Source: an uncultured virus (IMG/VR IMGVR_UViG_3300007345_000003)
Taxonomy: Duplodnaviria; Heunggongvirae; Uroviricota; Caudoviricetes; Crassvirales
Virus record (IMG/VR): IMGVR_UViG_3300007345_000003
Length of the DNA: 21,861 nucleotides
Strand: one strand, 5' to 3'
Both the position numbers and the translations under genes were made by a program. The first letter of the stretch is position 1, and the number at the start of each line of letters is the position of its first letter. The notes under the pieces are model-generated. The model had not been told where the DNA came from. It was given only the letters and a program-made list of their open reading frames with translations, and ran no database searches. Positions 18,301 through 21,861 of the stretch are shown here, piece by piece.

Positions 18301-21300
18301 ACCAGTATGCACGTCGTTGTGTGGCATGTCTTGTATGCCGTTCTCCTGCATATACTCTCTTGCCTCCTGCAGTTGGCCTGCATCGATCAGTGATCTGATG
18401 TACTCGAATGTATCGTTGTCCAGCTGTGAACCATTTGCATTGGACATGCTGGCTCTCAAGAACCATGATGCTACAGACCCCTTGTCGTTCTTGTTACCGA
18501 TGATGTCACCAACTGTTGCTGGGGACACCTCACCATACTCACCTTTGATCTCTGACAACCTATCGTGGTAGTCTTTCTCAAACTGCAGAGCTATGGTTTC
18601 TCTCAGATCTCTGTGCAGTTCTTTGTGTGAAGCGTACCGCTCATTGAATCTGTTGACCCCGCCTACAGGTGGTGCCAAAGTCTTTGCTGTGCGTGCATAG
18701 CTCTTAGGAACATTGTTCGCTTCTATCAAAGAGTACAGCTGACGCATGCCTACAGGGTTTGTAAGCATTGCACGTATCATGTTGTACAAGTCTCTGAAGA
18801 ACTTACGGATACGGCCTGGGAGCGAGTTGGCTGTTTCTTGCTGAGCAAACACATAGTCACGGAAGTCCTCCGCCATCTTCTCCTCAAGTGCAAGCTCTCT
18901 CAGCTCTCTAGTGCTAAGCTCGGGGAACATTCTCTTGAGTGCCCCGATCTCGTCTTGGGTTGGTCTGCCGAACCTCTTCATTGCTTCAGCATACAACCCC
19001 ATACGTTGTTGGTCACTGAGCAGTGTGCGGAATACAAAGTGGAATCCTTCGTGGTATTCTGTACCTACCTCACCTTGTGTCCACAGTTTGACACCTGCAC
19101 GCTCCATGTATCCGTGCACATATCCATTACCAATCTGTCTAGCCTGTTCGTAGAACTCTACTGGTATGCCCCTTGCTGACAACCATGATGCAGCCTTCTG
19201 CTTATCCAGCATCTGGTACTCCAAGGATGTCATCAGTCTTGGTACGAAGTTTATGTCAGGGAAAGACTCATTGACTGTCTTTCTAGCCTCTGCTTCTGGT
19301 ATGCCTTCGTCGAGCATACGCTGATACATTGTGCTGGCTCTTCTCTTGCGTCTTTCTGCAATGCCCCTCTTTGCCCTCTCTAGTTGCTCAGCGGCTTCCT
19401 GACTTCCTTCTTCTTCCCACTGTTTAGTAAGATCCTCCAGTTCTTTCTGACCCTCTTCGTACTTCCTACGAGCTTCCTCCTCGTTGTAGGGCTCGTACTT
19501 CTTCTGCTCTGTCTGACCAATAGGTGACTGTGCAAACGGGGAGAATCCTTCGTTGTCTTGTTCTACTGTTGTGTTACGTCTAGAAGTTTCAGGAGATGGG
19601 GTAACCACATCTGATACACCCTCGTCAGTCTTGTTAGCAGTAGTTTGTGGGGGAGCTTCTTGTTGCTTCTCACCATTGACTTCAAACTTGGGGCTGAACT
19701 CCAAACCTATATCAATGAACGGGGTCTTACCATCTACATTCTTTGCAGTAGAACCAAGGATACCTTTAGTACCATGGTCACGTGGGGCACCTGTAGCTTC
19801 GTTTGTCAGGTACTCGAAGTATGTAGCACTGCTGTTCTCTGCCTCTGGTCTCAGTGGGTTTACAATTCTTTGCCCGGTATCGTCACCGTTCAACAGGTTC
19901 TTGTCTACCTGGAACTTCTTACGTGACAGCACGTTTCTAAGTATCGTGTCCAGGTTATCTGTCAACTCCTTGGCTTGATCCGTGTACTCAGCCGTCAACG
20001 GTGTAAACGAGACCTCACCCTCATCGTTTCTGTAAGGCTTGACTACAAGGTTGATTACCTCTGCAGTACCCTTGTTGCCTTGTGACAACAGGTCACCTCG
20101 TCTCTTACCATCATACCAACGACGTATGACCTCACTGCTCACCTGCATCATGAGCCCGTCAGGAAGCAAAGGTTCACCCTTGCTATCTACGGGTCTGAAT
20201 GTGAAGATGGCTTCTCCTGTCTCACCCATCTTCTCAGCAGCCAGGAACTTGTCCTGCAGTGCTAGCTCGTTTGATTCATCAAGGAGGTATGCAACGTTCA
20301 AACCAACCAAAGCTCTGAGCATTGCTTCGTTACCCTCCTTCATATAGTCAATGGCCTTTGCCACAGCCTCTTCTGTAAGGTTAGCTGTGTTGGCTACAAT
20401 GACTCTGTGCTTACCTGTAGGGTCAGCCACGAGGAACACTACCTGACCTTTGGCGATGTTCATGCCGTTGTCAGTGACGTCGTTGAGTCTAGCTTCTATC
20501 TCATTAACATCTGTTCTCAACTGCACCAGTTGCTCTGCAGTCATTGTTTTGGCAAGACCGTCGTCGAACAATCCTAGCTCTACTGTCTTACCCTCAGTGT
20601 CAGGGTTCTCCCCAATCACAGCTACAATGGTGTTTGGACCAAGTGCTTCTGATGGGTTGTAGAAGTGTGGGTTACGTGTGTCGCTGTTGGCTGCAGTAAA
20701 GATGTTGCTAGCCAGCATGTTAGATACAGTCGTAGTGACTGCTCTTGGATTGCCCTGCTTGGCCTGTTCCCAAGCTACCTGACGCATAGGAGAGTCTGAT
20801 GCATCAAGCACCCCAACAACCTGCCCGTCTATCTCAACGTACATAGGTACGTTGTATGCGGGGTCCATCTTCTCTTCAGGTGTAGCCTCGTTGTTCCACC
20901 AGTCTGTGTCCTGTCTTACTACTATAGTGACAGTCTTACCCTCCAAGTTGTCATGGAGGTATGCTCTGTTGGTTATAATGTACTGACCATCTGCAGTATG
21001 CCTACTAGTGGAATCATCTTTGTTTATCTGTTGACCACTGTCATCTACCAGCACTCTACCATTCTTATCAATCACAAGTGTAGCGCCCCTAGCCTCTCTG
21101 GTCATACGGCTAGAGTTGTCACTGACCGCTCTCTTTTGTGCTTCCCCCACAACTTCCTGCTCCTTAGCTTGAGTCTTACCCTCTTGCTCTGAGAGTGCAG
21201 CTCCTGTATCTCTACTTTCAGCAGCTTCATTTACATCCCTTTTCCGCTTGTCTGCTTTTGCTTTGTCGCTAGACTTCAAGTTGTGCAGAGGTTCCTCTTG

Positions 21301-21861
21301 CTTTCTATTCTTTATGTGTTTTTCCCACACAGCTTTCTCGAGTGGGGTCATGTCGTCTGGGTTAAGCTTCTTGACGTCACTCAGCTTCATGCCCCCAAAC
21401 TCTATGTTCTTCTTTGACTCCTGCTGCTCTCTTTCTATGGCTTCATCGTCAAGTTTTTCTAGAGCTGCGTCACTTACTCCAGCAGCCCTTAACCCGTCTC
21501 TAGCTACAACAAGCTCCTTACTGGTGGCTGTCTTCCCAATCGTAGCATCAACCTGTTGGTCTATGGACTTTTGTTCCTCGAGCCTTTCTAGAGCTATAGC
21601 TCTCTTTTTGTACAGCTCCCTCTCGTTAGGGTCTGTCATGAGCTGCTCGTAGGCTTTTGCTGCAACAGTTCTGTCATCCAACAACTTCATGAGGATGTCT
21701 CTCTCCTGCTCCAGGTTCTTCTTACGGTTCTTGCCTACATACTCACTACGCAAATCAAGATCATTCTTCTTACCGTATCGGATACGTCTAATGGACTTAT
21801 CCATCTCTTCCTGCAGTGCCTGCCGTATCTCAGCGGATACCTGTGGATTCATTTGAGGCTG
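12316..21861 (-). CDS. Giant virion-associated two-barrel DNA-dependent RNA polymerase with fused zincin-like domain (5'-truncated, at least 3,181 aa)
   Basis: The frame is open to the window edge (CAG CCT CAA ATG). RNAP motifs: TDAQGIISP (15883-15909), YRIPHQGK (14731-14754), catalytic GSDFDIDK (DFDID at 14620-14634, the variant known from phi14:2 gp66) and HLDAGK (14107-14124). Zincin HEGFH (19039-19053) with downstream EEKMAEDF (18862-18885). Confidence 0.9.
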   Translation of the reverse strand, partial: QPQMNPQVSAEIRQALQEEMDKSIRRIRYGKKNDLDLRSEYVGKNRKKNLEQERDILMKLLDDRTVAAKAYEQLMTDPNERELYKKRAIALERLEEQKSIDQQVDATIGKTATSKELVVARDGLRAAGVSDAALEKLDDEAIEREQQESKKNIEFGGMKLSDVKKLNPDDMTPLEKAVWEKHIKNRKQEEPLHNLKSSDKAKADKRKRDVNEAAESRDTGAALSEQEGKTQAKEQEVVGEAQKRAVSDNSSRMTREARGATLVIDKNGRVLVDDSGQQINKDDSTSRHTADGQYIITNRAYLHDNLEGKTVTIVVRQDTDWWNNEATPEEKMDPAYNVPMYVEIDGQVVGVLDASDSPMRQVAWEQAKQGNPRAVTTTVSNMLASNIFTAANSDTRNPHFYNPSEALGPNTIVAVIGENPDTEGKTVELGLFDDGLAKTMTAEQLVQLRTDVNEIEARLNDVTDNGMNIAKGQVVFLVADPTGKHRVIVANTANLTEEAVAKAIDYMKEGNEAMLRALVGLNVAYLLDESNELALQDKFLAAEKMGETGEAIFTFRPVDSKGEPLLPDGLMMQVSSEVIRRWYDGKRRGDLLSQGNKGTAEVINLVVKPYRNDEGEVSFTPLTAEYTDQAKELTDNLDTILRNVLSRKKFQVDKNLLNGDDTGQRIVNPLRPEAENSSATYFEYLTNEATGAPRDHGTKGILGSTAKNVDGKTPFIDIGLEFSPKFEVNGEKQQEAPPQTTANKTDEGVSDVVTPSPETSRRNTTVEQDNEGFSPFAQSPIGQTEQKKYEPYNEEEARRKYEEGQKELEDLTKQWEEEGSQEAAEQLERAKRGIAERRKRRASTMYQRMLDEGIPEAEARKTVNESFPDINFVPRLMTSLEYQMLDKQKAASWLSARGIPVEFYEQARQIGNGYVHGYMERAGVKLWTQGEVGTEYHEGFHFVFRTLLSDQQRMGLYAEAMKRFGRPTQDEIGALKRMFPELSTRELRELALEEKMAEDFRDYVFAQQETANSLPGRIRKFFRDLYNMIRAMLTNPVGMRQLYSLIEANNVPKSYARTAKTLAPPVGGVNRFNERYASHKELHRDLRETIALQFEKDYHDRLSEIKGEYGEVSPATVGDIIGNKNDKGSVASWFLRASMSNANGSQLDNDTFEYIRSLIDAGQLQEAREYMQENGIQDMPHNDVHTGTLGLPTSMQQNISFMYQDVYMNWNDQSTNDQFENPLTTGWRSIMLESLQQKGYDVKLIDTVAEYETMSEEQQQHFDKIYDKGQFEMSPLDDARMSRMARIAISKIKSAAPNRLGVVTYANMDTIVRKAVSAAKNQQSTDNIMDALRKAQSFNPELRPLVDYLDSPSIQAHEHALITNLFRLDYTTHMVFERDFSDDKKRVFSYDSDRMSQDRTMLERWRTNRETLGIENPDAFYVEDENGKLTVKDAEERAKRIEESRQIYQDPSRPLADRVEAMSDMLFDLGLRTTDSRELSRQILKTYISAKTDEMNLVRQGQLDEIDVLKQFAQKIFINQLIGSAFDTRQIGNDIGKISPSENVRDMFTARTPRGKRIYTGIQYLAKEIAPRIEAMEAMGFVGGDGKMRYAYNLPTHFNYLMSQVTNGDATSLHKLMEKDPRFSVYGRAEFQDPFFLLMKKSKFTPMFGEFDVVKNTSDEVGKTTYKTLFERDSLILRIDAYLNSNNPTESTIAVSTQETRNRLTLIKGLPKLTKAGAATEYGITNSDVKTYIRNIMVQDLLGIGAALETIKNGGELIPGYHNKYGKQDTTFRDTYLLGRVKKGSKLETLAKRLHKAFKEQDEGDMYRDTVNEVIGLAEEFHDNNFNKAVSEVRQKLKDYGIIRQIEGTQKFEHSFDSAGIKNEGGLDSAIRQFVADDMIYRISMSKTFRGGTQMFKDTVDYFKRMGLINTPGNRMYMEGDFSRSPEYGMKRIFNTATLEDFTTSDPVHTEIAAGIKKAALANGATEEEADGMAKRYMTGVANATDAQGIISPAFARKIEQGNGRWTPEQEEWYKEFDKAGSNIAAAMGKWKAEYTAPYKFYYENLKLHGGNTLTIEADKNSYFVLTPEIAAQSDVLGRLYERMMDPTAPIDLVNFVTGKKGSKERAVPYEQFLEMKNEQVIVQQQGERLLMPQNIADKGTDVVRLNKQITKSTLMLVNPTDTYVLNYGTDIQSEPISGLEIKERFHNSFKELQRRAMQELKEELGLDEVDPRTGLIPEDKKVEALKKMRDVFLRNKMERDQLDENIEAQLNIIADPITNEVDFALPLGFPTYLKEYENLFFSMFRTRVFKMFMKGKEMVQVAAPGTFNVFNYETGEYEKRELRYLSVDDNGFTRHAEVMISPDIAKKYGLKPGDNLSEIPEELRRMVMYRIPHQGKSSTVIAKVAGILPKSHKKTVMVPANITEQTGSDFDIDKMFTMFPEFSGSAREGFTKDAIDPLLPLEMQSESAIRNSMLDIIEAISMSPNHTVETFKPLNTNRLEAFTKDVLKKDLLKTDYPFWHPLVEIEMEQKFKSSATGVGVYAKAMAGYAIASQGEVVQDGKQGTSVNGRSHFTLNGVSRTGIRSSRAVAGYFQEKLSSHLDAGKTPIPGLTNDNKFTHAATVFFGSFMTDATVNDDLVAIEGLMNIPSVLKFVELRKGIGSETGPLSVKMALKEMGISFMDQKQMKAKTRIQSFTKDDVLSVLQSARRAGKKGLQGEAKELENKLFNNFAIGLMRGEELQEFYEIIAPDTLDGLGEIGEIQGYLGKLQKYSKNTSPIISMGAVQQFLVDNQFGISQSYYNLITEVLSLSNNYFGSSSQSMNNFKTRVMEAVGTRDFSAAQHRAVNRAAFYWMMTRPEFVSINGKQTDINPFADMLTTERAKELFLDKRTNIAAKAARLRRAVPRLQDNYVISRIASVKTTKKSRTFGVEMNNIDDKSTDMRNLMKRDFQELLENPRKYTSDPKLQTAIKEFAEDLILNSLVRTGASPTFGSYFDSIPVEYFMTKRRSELKDQNGTPLFPTAAEFVRRQMSRAQNNPQYFDPFLFEYMRTYGLSTVDGRDLVQTVGYDTKKLKGMFKKNADGTFSAKKNPDAYPVFIKVRNIGSKKTDRYTLLQRKSKYTWEPVQQKSINGKLFEVNLRDESGTTSGTSSIITAQANKDVTRTGAKSMAGYAVEMLNAQTEKAIDDFEEMKQVMSIQKKCE

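Noticed and set aside
8706..21652. Dozens of 60-160 aa + strand ORFs opposite the two giant genes
   Set aside because: They are antisense shadows of long coding frames, with Ser/Leu/Val-rich unnatural composition, mostly non-ATG starts and no motifs.
21850..21852. ATG given as the start of the 3,178-aa ORF
   Set aside because: The frame stays open to the window edge, so the real start is probably upstream and cannot be fixed from this window.
1..21861. CRISPR arrays, tRNAs, introns, inteins, integrase or IS elements
   Set aside because: Intergenic space is limited to a few tens of bases, and I saw no direct-repeat arrays, cloverleafs, intein splice motifs or homing endonuclease motifs by eye. 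A covariance-model and intein HMM scan would be needed to exclude them formally.

Overview
Fragment of a crAss-like (Crassvirales-type) dsDNA phage genome, probably infecting Bacteroidota, read in the standard genetic code. It spans the junction of two convergent modules. The + strand (1-8014) is a tightly coupled replication/repair block: a 5'-truncated SSB-like gene, DnaG-type primase, PD-(D/E)XK endonuclease, T4 rIIA-like GHKL ATPase plus rIIB-like partner, 5'-3' exonuclease, an unknown protein and a family-1 uracil-DNA glycosylase. The - strand (21861-8051) is the end of a virion/ejection block: a 5'-truncated giant protein of at least 3,181 aa carrying a zincin HExxH domain and a two-barrel RNA polymerase with the DFDID motif, then a 1,275-aa helical ejection-type protein, then two micro-ORFs, one with an EF-hand/dockerin-like Ca2+ loop. 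A bidirectional terminator separates the modules. The points most worth following up are the protease-RNAP fusion, the terminal cysteines at the KKCE*/MACK junction, the dockerin-like microprotein, a UDG with an altered intercalation loop and a clamp-motif-like insert, and a hairpin filling the whole spacer before the primase start. All product calls come from motifs recognised by eye; no database search was run.
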